In this document: positions 46,844-56,092 of the stretch, in pieces
How the letters are laid out: each line of letters starts with the position of its first letter
Position numbering within the stretch: position 1 is the stretch's first letter
Virus record (IMG/VR): IMGVR_UViG_3300005663_000003
Coordinates: 22,672 to 86,671 of that record
Direction: 5' to 3' (one strand)
Length of the DNA stretch: 64,000 bases
Source of the DNA: a virus
Notes under the pieces: generated by a model
Database searches by the model: none
What the model was told of the DNA's origin: nothing
Seen by the model: only the letters and a program-made list of their open reading frames with translations
Position numbers and translations under genes: made by a program

Positions 46844-48995
46844 CACGAAGGCCGAGGCCGAAGCCTGGGGCATCGAGGTCTGTGGCTTCCCAGCACACGC
46901 GGTCATCGTCGGCGCCATCCAGGTCCACGTCGCCGACGTCCTCGCGATAGCTGAGGGCTACGACCTTCCGATGGCTCAATGCCAGGAGATGACGCGCGAC
47001 CGCTTCGGCGATGACGGCTACACATGGGATACGGAGATGGTCGACCGGAGCGTGGTGGCGAAGCCGAAGGAGGGCGGCGCGCCCATCTACTTCCAGCGGT
47101 GCAAGCCACTCGACGGGCTGCCGTGGGCGGACAGGTGGAAGCTGCGCAAGGACGACCCACGCAAGACCTCCATCCCGATCGACGAGAAGATGTCCCGCCC
47201 GTGCGACCGGCCTGACTGCGCCGAGGTCATCGCGGTCTGCGGTCACGAGCAGCTAGCCGAGTCCATCGGCGTCGTCGGCGATGAGCCCTGGGCCATGAGC
47301 GCCGAGGAGCTGGCCTCGCATCAGATCCCCCACGACATCGAGAACACCCCGTGGGGGATGGAGTGCATCGGCTGCGGGCTGTCGGTCGACGACATCAAGG
47401 AGGGGACGTTCTGCAAGCCGATAAAGAACGTCCCCCTCGGCAAGATCCACCTGGACATCGTCGCGGATGAGAACGTGCCTCCGGGCGTCGCGTTCCTGGT
47501 CGACGAAGATGGCAAGGCAGTCGGCGCCCCCGCTTCTCCTGCGGCTGCCGAGGCGGGCAGCCCTGGCCCTGGGTCGAGCGACTCCCCTGCGAGCACCCCG
47601 GCTGCGGAGTCTGCGGCCCCGGCCACCGTCTTGCGATGCGACTGCGGAGCGCACATCGCCCCGGTGGGATTCGACGGGTGCAAGCTGAACCTGTGCGCGA
47701 ACAAGGTCACTGGCACCGCACCGACCCCGCCCGCCGCTGGGTTGGAGAGTGGACCCCAGCCGGTCGAGCCTGCCGCCTCTGCGACCGGGGGCGACAGCTC
47801 GGGATCTTCGGAGCCTGACCTGCCGGACGGGATGGTCGCGTGCGAGGACTGCGGGAAGGTGAGCAAGCCCGGCGGCACGATCGTCGATAAGTTCCAGGTG
47901 CGCCGCTGTGGAACCTGTCACCGCAGTCATCACATGGGGCTGAACGATCCACCGAAAGGAGACGGGGGCCGGGCCAGCACTGGCGATGATCATGGGGGCG
48001 GTCAGCGCGATGGCGCAAGCGAGGCGCCGACGACGGTGAGGCCCGAGGAGACCGGCGGCTTCACCGCCGAGCCCGAGGAGAAGGACGACCCAGCGCCGAC
48101 CGGCCTGCCACCCGATACCCGCTGCGGAACGTGCGGACATCTCGGGAAGGAGCACGACTACCGGACTGGCAAGTGCGCGGCGTGCCAGCTCTGCGTCGCG
48201 TTCAGGTCCCGCGCCGACATGCCCGAGGTAGATGCCTCACCGAACAAAGTGAAATTCCCGCCACGCTTCTCGGTCGACTGCCCCAACTGCACCGCCTACA
48301 TCGCGAGCACGTCGGTCGACTACAGCGGCCAGCCCTGCAAGAGCTGCGGGTTCGTCTCGCCCATCGTCAAGCTCCACGGAGAGGACGCCCCGCCCTTCGA
48401 CTGGGCGCGGTTCCTCGTCCGGCACGGCAAGCGGACCAAGGCGTTCGCGTCTGGGTTCTGCAAGGTCGACGGCGACCCGATCGAACCAGGCCAGGAGGTC
48501 TTCGCCCACGCCGACGTGAAGACGAGCCGGGCCCACTCGGCGTGCATCACCGAGGCGATCGGCTACGCGCTGACCATGCTCCGCGATGGCAAGGTGGTAA
48601 CCGCCGAGCTGAACCCCACCATCGCCGACAGGGGTGAGGCGGTCAGAGAGATGTGCGCGATCTGCGCCAAGGACATCGAGCCGGGCGAATCGTGCTACCG
48701 ACTCAAAGATGTGTTCGCACACTACACCTGCGTCGAGGGCGAGGGGGTCCACCCGCCGATCGCTGACGACGACGACCGCGACCTGTGCGAGTGGCACCCC
48801 GACGAGAACCGCGCCGCGCAGGTCGGCGACGCGTTCCACAGCCTGGCGCACCTGATCGTCGGCTCCGGGAAGAACCCACTCCGGCTCTGCCGTTCCTGCC
48901 GTTCGAAGAAGCCTCACACGCGGAAGCGCAAGGAGGTTCCCATCACCGCCCCCCCGGCGGCTCGAACACCGAGCCCCTCGGGCGCGACCGCGTAA
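46713..48995 (+). CDS. Large poly-Zn-finger protein
   Basis: ATG 46713 with GGAGG; more than 10 CxxC/HxxC motifs separated by low-complexity linkers. Confidence 0.7.
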   Translation: MQAMPKWGSGKLGGWRLAPELGREPEQSARALLLRALDAGAQADTKAEAEAWGIEVCGFPAHAVIVGAIQVHVADVLAIAEGYDLPMAQCQEMTRDRFGDDGYTWDTEMVDRSVVAKPKEGGAPIYFQRCKPLDGLPWADRWKLRKDDPRKTSIPIDEKMSRPCDRPDCAEVIAVCGHEQLAESIGVVGDEPWAMSAEELASHQIPHDIENTPWGMECIGCGLSVDDIKEGTFCKPIKNVPLGKIHLDIVADENVPPGVAFLVDEDGKAVGAPASPAAAEAGSPGPGSSDSPASTPAAESAAPATVLRCDCGAHIAPVGFDGCKLNLCANKVTGTAPTPPAAGLESGPQPVEPAASATGGDSSGSSEPDLPDGMVACEDCGKVSKPGGTIVDKFQVRRCGTCHRSHHMGLNDPPKGDGGRASTGDDHGGGQRDGASEAPTTVRPEETGGFTAEPEEKDDPAPTGLPPDTRCGTCGHLGKEHDYRTGKCAACQLCVAFRSRADMPEVDASPNKVKFPPRFSVDCPNCTAYIASTSVDYSGQPCKSCGFVSPIVKLHGEDAPPFDWARFLVRHGKRTKAFASGFCKVDGDPIEPGQEVFAHADVKTSRAHSACITEAIGYALTMLRDGKVVTAELNPTIADRGEAVREMCAICAKDIEPGESCYRLKDVFAHYTCVEGEGVHPPIADDDDRDLCEWHPDENRAAQVGDAFHSLAHLIVGSGKNPLRLCRSCRSKKPHTRKRKEVPITAPPAARTPSPSGATA

Positions 48996-49306
48996 CGCTT
49001 GACCTCGAAGAGGTAAAGCAGAAGACAGCGAAGGCGCTCGGGGGTGTAGGGATTCTGGAGGATGGCGACCTCTGCGAATTGCACGAGGGAGCGAAGCGAG
49101 TCGCTGAGCTGATGCGTGACGGAGCTTGGCACGACGCCGAAGAGATACGACGCGCGGCAGGTGAGCCGGGCGCCCCGGCGAGTGAGGGACTACGCCGAGC
49201 GCGCGAGCTGCGCGCGGTCCCCGGGGTGGAGCTGGAGCGGAGAAGCAGAGGAGGAAGGCTATGGGAATACCGGATAACACGGACGACCGAGGGCAGCAGC
49301 AAATGA
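48992..49306 (+). CDS. Winged-helix-like protein, start uncertain
   Basis: RV.ELMRDG.WH...EI......SE.LRR.RELR......ERR....LWEYR; no clear start codon near 48992. Confidence 0.5.
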   Translation, partial: VTLDLEEVKQKTAKALGGVGILEDGDLCELHEGAKRVAELMRDGAWHDAEEIRRAAGEPGAPASEGLRRARELRAVPGVELERRSRGGRLWEYRITRTTEGSSK

Positions 49307-49503
49307 AGACCGCCGAGACACCGAGGCTACTCGACCCCACTAGGCCGCTCGTCTGCAAGCACGGCAACAGAGCCGAGGCGAGGCCGATACCCACGCGCCC
49401 CGGCTGGTGGCAGAACTTCGCGATCGACTGCGTGACGTGCCAGGGCGACAAGCACACAGGGATCCCCTACCAGCCCCCGGTCCCGCCGACCCGAGTGACC
49501 TAA
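49303..49503 (+). CDS. Small Zn-binding protein
   Basis: CKHG...CVTC. Confidence 0.5.
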   Translation: MKTAETPRLLDPTRPLVCKHGNRAEARPIPTRPGWWQNFAIDCVTCQGDKHTGIPYQPPVPPTRVT

Positions 49504-49682
49504 CCAGCCGACCGCCCCCGTCCGCCGAGCTGCGCCCGCAAGACCAGCTCGACCAGTTGCCGGACGGCGTCGCCGGGGATGGTCCCCGTCGGCGCGACCC
49601 AGCTCTGTCGGGGGCGGTTGGCAACCCAGGAAATTCTGATGGCTGACACGGCTGACCGTGCTAGCTGTCGTAGGTGAAGGGC

Positions 49683-50024
49683 ATGATGCGGCGGAGCTGG
49701 AGCGAGATGTTGGTAGAGCTGGTCGAGGAAATCAGGGCGCAGGCCGAGCGGTTCGCACAGAACCACCTGGGCAGCGACGCCGACGCGCGCATCACGCGCG
49801 TCGACCATCCCGATATGCCTGGACACTTCACCTTCTTCATCGAGCAACCCGGCGAGCCCGTCATCCTCATCACGGTCTACGCCGACCACGTCTTGGAGGA
49901 GGTCGAGAAGATCACCGCGCGCCCCGGTCTGATCCTCGAAGCCATCCGCCGCGCGGCGCGCACCGTGTTCATCGACCCGCATATGGTGGGGCCGCTCAAG
50001 CGGGCCCTGGCGCGCACAGCCTAG
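49683..50024 (+). CDS. Hypothetical protein
   Basis: Typical codon usage, precedes the MTase. Confidence 0.6.
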   Translation: MMRRSWSEMLVELVEEIRAQAERFAQNHLGSDADARITRVDHPDMPGHFTFFIEQPGEPVILITVYADHVLEEVEKITARPGLILEAIRRAARTVFIDPHMVGPLKRALARTA

Positions 50025-50027
50025 CCC

Positions 50028-51809
50028 ATGTCCGATCGCTACCACGTCCACACGGGCGACGCTTTGGAATGGCTTCGGACCCTGCCCGCCGGACACGGCG
50101 ACTCGGCGGTGCTCGACCCGCCCAGCGGCATCGGGTTCATGGGCAAGGACTGGGACAGCGACAAGGGCGGCGCCGAGAAGTGGATAGCGTGGCTCCGTGA
50201 CATCCTCGCGGAGCTGCGCCGGGTCCTCAAGCCGGGCGCGCACATCTGCGTGTGGGCGATCCCGAGGACGAGCCACTGGACAGGGATGGCGATCGAGCGC
50301 GCGGGCTTCGATGTCCGCGACTGCCTCACCCACATCTTCGGGAGCGGCTTCCCCAAGAGCCACAACATCTCCAAGGCCCTCGACAAGCTGAAGGAGGACA
50401 ACCGCGAAGAGGTCGACGAGTGGCGCACATGGCTGACGCTCGCCCGCGACCTGGCCGGGATCACGAACAACGACATCGACGCGGCCTTCGGCTTCAACGG
50501 CATGGGCTGTCACTGGACGAGCCACCCGACCCAGCCCAGCATCCCCAAGCTCGACCAGGTCCCCACGCTGCTCGACCTCGTCGGAGTCGAGGAACTCCCC
50601 GAGCGGATGCGCGAGCTGCTCCTGAAGCTGAACGACGAGAAGGGGAAGCCCGGCGATGCTTGGTTCCGTCGCGAGGTCGTCGGGACGAAGCGCGTCAAGA
50701 ACATCCAGGCGGGCGACTTCTACGCCCCCGGCGAGGGCAGCTACCAGCAGCACGACGTTCCCGAGACGGCGCCCGAGACGGACATGGCGAAGGAGTGGGA
50801 GGGGTGGGGCACCGCGCTCAAGCCAGCCGCTGAGTTCTGGTGGCTCGGTCGCGTCCCGCTCGACGACATCATCGCCCGGAACGTGATGCACCACGGGACA
50901 GGCGGCCTCAACGTAGACGGCTGCCGGGTGGCTGGCGACGTCCCCAAAACAGTCCAAGGTCTGAGCACCCGCATCTATGGTGGCGGGAAGGGCCTACGGT
51001 CCGTGGCTCAGGAGTTCACGCCGAACTCGGGCGGGCGCTACCCCCCGAACCTCCTGCTGACTCACGACGAGGGATGCGACGACGACGACTGTGCGCCGTG
51101 GTGCCCCATCAGGATGCTCGACGAGCAGAGCGGCCAGCAGAAGGACGGCGTGGCAGTCAAGCGGAACCTGCCCCCCGAGGGAGCGCGTAACGGGCTCGAC
51201 CTCCAGGTGCCCGCCACGCAGCGCGGACCCGACGAGGGCTACGGCGGTGGCGGCGGCGCGTCCCGCTTCTTCCCCCGCTTCCGCTACCAGGCGAAGCCGA
51301 GCCGGGCGGAGCGGGAGGCCGGGCTCGAAGCCTTCCCCCTCAAGTCGGCGAAGAAGTGGAACGAAGGCGGCATCCAGGGGAGGCGCGACGCGAAAGCCGA
51401 CGCGGCCATCGCCGACGCCGAGGTCCACAGTCAGGGGCTCGACGCCCGAGGGCGCACGCTCATCCGGGCCGACGGATCGAAGACCCTCGTCGACCGCTTC
51501 ATTCCCCAACACCGCGCCAACATCCATACAACTGTGAAACCGATCAAGCTGATGCGCTGGCTCATCCGCTTGGTTACACCACCGGGTGGATTGGTCATCG
51601 ATCCCTTCACAGGGTCGGGAACAACCGGATGTGGCGCCATGCTCGAAGGAGCGAGGTTCGCAGGGTCTGAACAGAACGAGGAGTATGCCCGGATCGCACG
51701 GGCCCGGATCGCACACTGGGCTGGCGAGCAGTATGAGTTGGAGCCGCTGGGAACGGCGGCGCCGCCAGTAAAGCCGACAGCGCCTGACCCTCAGTTGTCG
51801 TTGTTCTGA
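50028..51809 (+). CDS. DNA amino-methyltransferase (beta class) with inserted HTH-like segment
   Basis: DPPSG.GFMGKDWD, FGSGFPKSHN, WEGWGTALKPA, H.TVKP..LMRWLIRLVTPPGG.V.DPF.GSGTTG. Confidence 0.92.
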   Translation: MSDRYHVHTGDALEWLRTLPAGHGDSAVLDPPSGIGFMGKDWDSDKGGAEKWIAWLRDILAELRRVLKPGAHICVWAIPRTSHWTGMAIERAGFDVRDCLTHIFGSGFPKSHNISKALDKLKEDNREEVDEWRTWLTLARDLAGITNNDIDAAFGFNGMGCHWTSHPTQPSIPKLDQVPTLLDLVGVEELPERMRELLLKLNDEKGKPGDAWFRREVVGTKRVKNIQAGDFYAPGEGSYQQHDVPETAPETDMAKEWEGWGTALKPAAEFWWLGRVPLDDIIARNVMHHGTGGLNVDGCRVAGDVPKTVQGLSTRIYGGGKGLRSVAQEFTPNSGGRYPPNLLLTHDEGCDDDDCAPWCPIRMLDEQSGQQKDGVAVKRNLPPEGARNGLDLQVPATQRGPDEGYGGGGGASRFFPRFRYQAKPSRAEREAGLEAFPLKSAKKWNEGGIQGRRDAKADAAIADAEVHSQGLDARGRTLIRADGSKTLVDRFIPQHRANIHTTVKPIKLMRWLIRLVTPPGGLVIDPFTGSGTTGCGAMLEGARFAGSEQNEEYARIARARIAHWAGEQYELEPLGTAAPPVKPTAPDPQLSLF

Positions 51810-51829
51810 TATATGCTCGCCGCAGTCAA

Positions 51830-52252
51830 ATGGGGAAGCGTGGACCAAAGAGCAGCGCGCCGGGTGGCGTCGGCTACGTCACGAAGAAGGGATACCTAAG
51901 GATCCGGCACGAAGGTCGCCTCAGGATGGCGCATGATGTTGCCTGGGAGTTGGCCTACGGTCCGATCCCCGAAGGAATGCAGGTTCACCACAAGAATGAG
52001 AAGAAGCTAGACAACCGCATCAGCAACCTGGAGTTGCTCGACGCCCTCACGCATAAGAGAATCCACAGCGGATGCGAGCTTCGAGATGGTCTCTGGTGGA
52101 AGCCGTGCTCAGTCTGCGAGGAGTTGAAGCCGGTAACCAAGAGGCATTGGTATTTCACGCGCGAAGGGTGGGTGGCCTATGGTAGATGTCGCCCTTGTCA
52201 CATCGCGAAAGTTGTAGAAGCGAAACGGCGTAGGAAGCGCCAAGGGAAATAG
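51830..52252 (+). CDS. HNH endonuclease
   Basis: AHDVAWE..YGPIP.GMQVHHKNE.KLDNRISNLELL; lower GC. Confidence 0.88.
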   Translation: MGKRGPKSSAPGGVGYVTKKGYLRIRHEGRLRMAHDVAWELAYGPIPEGMQVHHKNEKKLDNRISNLELLDALTHKRIHSGCELRDGLWWKPCSVCEELKPVTKRHWYFTREGWVAYGRCRPCHIAKVVEAKRRRKRQGK

Positions 52253-52264
52253 GAGAACACGACT

Positions 52265-52681
52265 ATGACGACTCAAGGAAATCAATTCGTTCCGCTCGAC
52301 CTCGGACTCATCGAGGAGGGAGCGTTTCTCGCTTCGGTCAACCGCGCCATCTGCAAGGCCCAGGACGAGCTGGTTCGCCACGTCGAGGCGTGGGGCGAGC
52401 GCGCCGGTAAGGCCAAGGCGGTCATCGACGTGAGCATCGAACTCAAGTGTGAGAACCCGACGCCCGGCGAAGGCTTCTACACCATCACCCCTACGCTGAA
52501 GATCAAGCTCCCGGCGCGTCCGCCGAAGACGACCAGCGCCATGGCTGGCTTCGACAAGGCCCGCGACCAGGCGTGTCTGTTCGTGCGCGAGACGGGCAGC
52601 ACCGAGGGCGACCCGAACCAGATGCATCTCCCGATGGGAGACGCCAAGGAACCGACCGACACCCAAAGGAGTGAAGCCTGA
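52265..52681 (+). CDS. YfdP-like phage protein
   Basis: L..I.EG.F...VN......L......GKA...I......I...LK.KLP; typical upstream partner of DUF2303. Confidence 0.5.
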   Translation: MTTQGNQFVPLDLGLIEEGAFLASVNRAICKAQDELVRHVEAWGERAGKAKAVIDVSIELKCENPTPGEGFYTITPTLKIKLPARPPKTTSAMAGFDKARDQACLFVRETGSTEGDPNQMHLPMGDAKEPTDTQRSEA

Positions 52682-53574
52682 TGGAGAACACCAGTCAAGG
52701 GACACAGCAACAGCAGACCCTCGCGGACCTGATCCGCAAGCCACGCGAGGGAATGGAGACATCCTTCGAGGTCGTCGACCATCTCATCGAGGACGCCGAA
52801 GAGGGCACGAGTCCGGGGAGGCGGCTCGTCATCGAGCGGCGCAAGCTCCAGCCCGAGCCACCGACCGAGGCGCCGCGCGCCGAGTCGAACCGGCGGGCGC
52901 ACACGTTCTTCGCGGCCACGGGGTTCATCGCCTACCTCCTCAAGTTCGGCACGAAGAACACCGTCGTCCTGGCGGACCCGGATCAACGGACGGTGCAGGC
53001 GATCATCGACGAGCGGGCCGAGAACGGTCGCGAGGTCGTGACGCTCACGCCGCAGACTCATCCACGGTGGGAGCCGTGGCGGAACATGCTCGGGCAACGC
53101 GTCACCCTCGACGTGTTCCGGCAGCTCATCACCGACAACCGCAAGAGCATCGTGGCTCCCGACGGCAGGGAACTCATCTTCCTGTTCCAGCAGATCAGGA
53201 TGAGCACCGAGGTCCAGCTCCAGAGCGGCGTGGTCAAGGGTGCCAAGGCCGCCGTCAACGGGATCATCATCCGCACCGCCATCACCGGGGCCGGGAAGGA
53301 GTCCGACACGCTGGAGCTTCCCGAGTCCATCAGCGTCAAGACTCCGGTGCTAGTCGACGAGCCCGAGCAGCTCATCGAGATGGATCTGATCCTCGGCGGC
53401 AAGCGCGACGGGACCGAGGTTTACTGTCAGCTTGCGAGCGCTGACCTGAAGGAGGCGGAAATCTTTGCCTTCGATGCGCTCGTCGAGCGACTCCGCAAGG
53501 AGCTGAGCGGCGACGAGTTCACCGTCACTCACGGCAGCTACGCGACGACGACCTGGGATCGGCTTCGCGCATGA
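52681..53574 (+). CDS. DUF2303/YfdQ-like protein
   Basis: F....FIAY......VV.AD......AIID; W..W; ELPE.I.V..PV. Confidence 0.55.
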   Translation: MENTSQGTQQQQTLADLIRKPREGMETSFEVVDHLIEDAEEGTSPGRRLVIERRKLQPEPPTEAPRAESNRRAHTFFAATGFIAYLLKFGTKNTVVLADPDQRTVQAIIDERAENGREVVTLTPQTHPRWEPWRNMLGQRVTLDVFRQLITDNRKSIVAPDGRELIFLFQQIRMSTEVQLQSGVVKGAKAAVNGIIIRTAITGAGKESDTLELPESISVKTPVLVDEPEQLIEMDLILGGKRDGTEVYCQLASADLKEAEIFAFDALVERLRKELSGDEFTVTHGSYATTTWDRLRA

Positions 53575-53834
53575 CACCCGTGGTCGAGCTGGCGATGAGG
53601 TTTGGGCAGGTCGAGGTCATCCCGGCGGCATGGGCCGAGCCGGGCTGGCCCCGCCTAGTCCCCGACCCTCGTCAGCTCGACCCGACCGCCGTGTTCAGAA
53701 CGGTCATCGTCGTCCACACCGATGACTACCAAAGGGTTGCCAAGCTAGTGGAGATGCAGAAAGGTGAGCGCGGTTCTCGCTTGCCCTCGTCGGGAGGATT
53801 CGGTAGAACCTCGGAAGCCCCGCCAGTGTGTTGA
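53571..53834 (+). CDS. Hypothetical protein
   Basis: ATGA overlap. Confidence 0.45.
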   Translation: MTPVVELAMRFGQVEVIPAAWAEPGWPRLVPDPRQLDPTAVFRTVIVVHTDDYQRVAKLVEMQKGERGSRLPSSGGFGRTSEAPPVC

Positions 53835-53947
53835 ACCGACGGCCGCCACGAGCGGCCCGAGGCATGGCGCACGGGGGCCACGCCAGACACGGAAGGCCGT
53901 AACCTGGCCATAGGGTGGCGACACCCGATCCGGCACGACAGCGTGAA

Positions 53948-53979
53948 GGGAGCCGACTCCTAACGGGGTCGGCTTTCTC
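53948..53979 (+). terminator. Intrinsic terminator
   Basis: GGGAGCCGACTCC-taac-GGGGTCGGCTTTC stem running into TTTCT. Confidence 0.7.
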
Positions 53980-53985
53980 CGCTCC

Positions 53986-54014
53986 TTGGACGAGTCAGGG
54001 CCCGCGCGTAAGCT
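53986..54014 (+). promoter_or_regulatory. Promoter for the lysis-like cassette, leaderless
   Basis: TTGGAC, 17 bp, TAAGCT; ATG 54021 six nt later; no SD. Confidence 0.55.
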
Positions 54015-54020
54015 GACCCC

Positions 54021-54413
54021 ATGGACCCAGCGAAGATCGGCGAGGCCCTCGGTCAGGCTCAGGACATCCAGACCGTGCTGGGGATCTTCATCGGTCTGCT
54101 CCTCCTCGCCCTGATGTTCCTGGTCAAGCTCTGGATGGCCGACCGCCTCGGGAACACCGTGAAGCTCGGAGCCCTGGAGCTGGCGCAGGCCGGAGAGCTG
54201 AGCCGCCGCGACGTGGACCTGGCCGCGAAGGAGACCGCATGGGAGCGCGAGCGCGCGGACCATCATCAGTCGCTCCAACTTATCCACGAAGCTCACACCA
54301 CCAAGGTCGAGGAGCTGATGCGGGAGATGCTCTCGCTCGCCATGGGCGTCGAGAAAGCTCTCGACCAGCTCCACCGCCGAGCCCGTCCACCGTCTGACAC
54401 AGGACCCGTCTGA
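54021..54413 (+). CDS. Membrane protein (holin/antiholin-like, 1 TM plus coiled coil)
   Basis: TVLGIFIGLLLLALMFLVKLW then heptads. Confidence 0.55.
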   Translation: MDPAKIGEALGQAQDIQTVLGIFIGLLLLALMFLVKLWMADRLGNTVKLGALELAQAGELSRRDVDLAAKETAWERERADHHQSLQLIHEAHTTKVEELMREMLSLAMGVEKALDQLHRRARPPSDTGPV

Positions 54414-54423
54414 GGAGAAAGCT

Positions 54424-54642
54424 ATGGCCGCGATGCCCGTCCCCGCCCCGAAGCCCTCGACCCTGAGGATGGAGAAGCACCTGCGCGAGACCTTCGAGCG
54501 CGTGAGGGAAAAGCTCGCGACGGTGTCGGGCGACTCCGGTATGATCCGGCTTCACCCGGACCAGACCAAGCGGGCCTGCGAAGCCTACGACGAACACCTG
54601 GACAACGGGCACGCGGACGACGAAGCTGAGCCGGAGGAGTAA
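54424..54642 (+). CDS. Hypothetical protein
   Basis: SD GAGGAG. Confidence 0.55.
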   Translation: MAAMPVPAPKPSTLRMEKHLRETFERVREKLATVSGDSGMIRLHPDQTKRACEAYDEHLDNGHADDEAEPEE

Positions 54643-54644
54643 CC

Positions 54645-55079
54645 ATGTTCGAGCTACTCGCAGAAGCAGGCGCGTCCGGCTTCGACTGGGTCGGCGCTGC
54701 CACATTCGTCACAGCCGTCGGCGGTATCATCGTCGCGCTCCTCCAGTTCCTCGGGAAGAAGGACGCGGCGGCCAAGGCCAAGCAGGCGACCGCCGCGCTC
54801 GGGGCGACCATTCGGGGCGTCGAGGTCGCGGCCCGGGAGGGCGACTTCACCGACCTCACCAAACAACTCAAGGAGCAGACCGGCCTAGAGCTGACGCCTC
54901 AACAGCTCAGGCTGATCGCGAGCGGCGCGACGAAGGCGGTCAAGGGTTCCATCAAGGCGACCTCCATGGAACACAGCGTGGCCGACTACCTCGCGGCGAT
55001 CGTCGAGACCCGGACCCAGCGGCTCGAACTCACGCCCGAGCAGAAGAAGAAGCTGGCCGAGGAGGCCGACGCCGAGTGA
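54645..55079 (+). CDS. Membrane-anchored protein (holin/i-spanin-like)
   Basis: N-terminal TM WVGAATFVTAVGGIIVALLQFLG. Confidence 0.55.
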   Translation: MFELLAEAGASGFDWVGAATFVTAVGGIIVALLQFLGKKDAAAKAKQATAALGATIRGVEVAAREGDFTDLTKQLKEQTGLELTPQQLRLIASGATKAVKGSIKATSMEHSVADYLAAIVETRTQRLELTPEQKKKLAEEADAE

Positions 55080-55267
55080 TTCGAGTGACCCACACCTACG
55101 CCATTCTCGACGTGAGCCCCGAGCTATATACCGAGGTCCGCGAGAAGCTGGAGGCCGCTGGTTACCAGCACGCGTTCCACGATCGAGAGGACGGCGGCCC
55201 GGTCATCGACATGCACGGCATCGCGCTGCGCGCCGAAGAACCAACCGAACCGAAGGACACCAAGTGA
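55076..55267 (+). CDS. Hypothetical protein
   Basis: THTYAILDVS...Y.EVR.KLEAAGYQHAF...IDMHGIAL. Confidence 0.6.
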   Translation: MIRVTHTYAILDVSPELYTEVREKLEAAGYQHAFHDREDGGPVIDMHGIALRAEEPTEPKDTK

Positions 55268-55548
55268 AGCGACTCATCATCCTCCTGCTCGTCATGCTGA
55301 TGGCAGGCTGTTACGCGGCGCCCCCTGAGGCGCTCGACCTCATCAACGATTCCATCTCCGTCACGGCGGGCCATGCCAAGGACCCTCACGACGAGCTGAG
55401 CCCCCTCGGCCAGTCGGCGTTCGAGGCAGACCACGACGCCTGGCAGAAGGTCAGGTATATGGTCTTCGGTGTCGACGTCGACCCCGAGGTCAAGGCGCGG
55501 ACCGAGGCGAGGGCCGCCGCACACGGTCACCCGGAACCCGGCGAGTGA
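55264..55548 (+). CDS. Lipoprotein (o-spanin candidate)
   Basis: Signal peptide with lipobox MKRLIILLLVMLMAG-C. Confidence 0.7.
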   Translation: MKRLIILLLVMLMAGCYAAPPEALDLINDSISVTAGHAKDPHDELSPLGQSAFEADHDAWQKVRYMVFGVDVDPEVKARTEARAAAHGHPEPGE

Positions 55549-55793
55549 AGCCCGCACGTCAGGCCGGGCGGACTCTCGCGGAAGCCGTCCGGTCCGTGAA
55601 GCCACAGCGGGCCAAGACGTTCACCGCAGCCAACGGAGAGGAATACGCCGTCGGCCCGAGCGGGTTCATCCCCGCGAGCGCGGAGCGCGCTCGTCGCCAA
55701 CGGATGACCCCGCGCGAGAAGGAGGAGGCGAACAGCCATCGCGGCCTCCTCACCAAGGGCCGCAAACGGTGGCGCAGGAAGTTCGGCGCATGA
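55545..55793 (+). CDS. Basic hypothetical protein
   Basis: GTGA overlap. Confidence 0.5.
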   Translation: MKPARQAGRTLAEAVRSVKPQRAKTFTAANGEEYAVGPSGFIPASAERARRQRMTPREKEEANSHRGLLTKGRKRWRRKFGA

Positions 55794-56092
55794 GGGCGAA
55801 GACCGCCAAGCTCATCGCAGCCTGCGGGAAAGCCCTGCCGGGCGAGACGGAGGAGAGCCTACTGAGGCAGTGGCGCCGGGCGAGCACGCGCGAGCGCGGC
55901 CAGCTCCGGGCCCGCTGGACCCACCAGGTCAAGACCTTCGCAGCGCGGTCGAGGAAGATGAAGGCGGATCGCGCGGAAGCGAAAGCACAGGGCAAGGTCC
56001 ACGTCCCGGGGTTCGGCGCCGTGGCCCCGCCACCAGGCTCGACGGTCGAGCAGTTCGAGAAACAAGTGAAGAACATGAGGAGGAAGAAGTGA
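55790..56092 (+). CDS. Basic hypothetical protein
   Basis: ATGA overlap. Confidence 0.5.
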   Translation: MRAKTAKLIAACGKALPGETEESLLRQWRRASTRERGQLRARWTHQVKTFAARSRKMKADRAEAKAQGKVHVPGFGAVAPPPGSTVEQFEKQVKNMRRKK

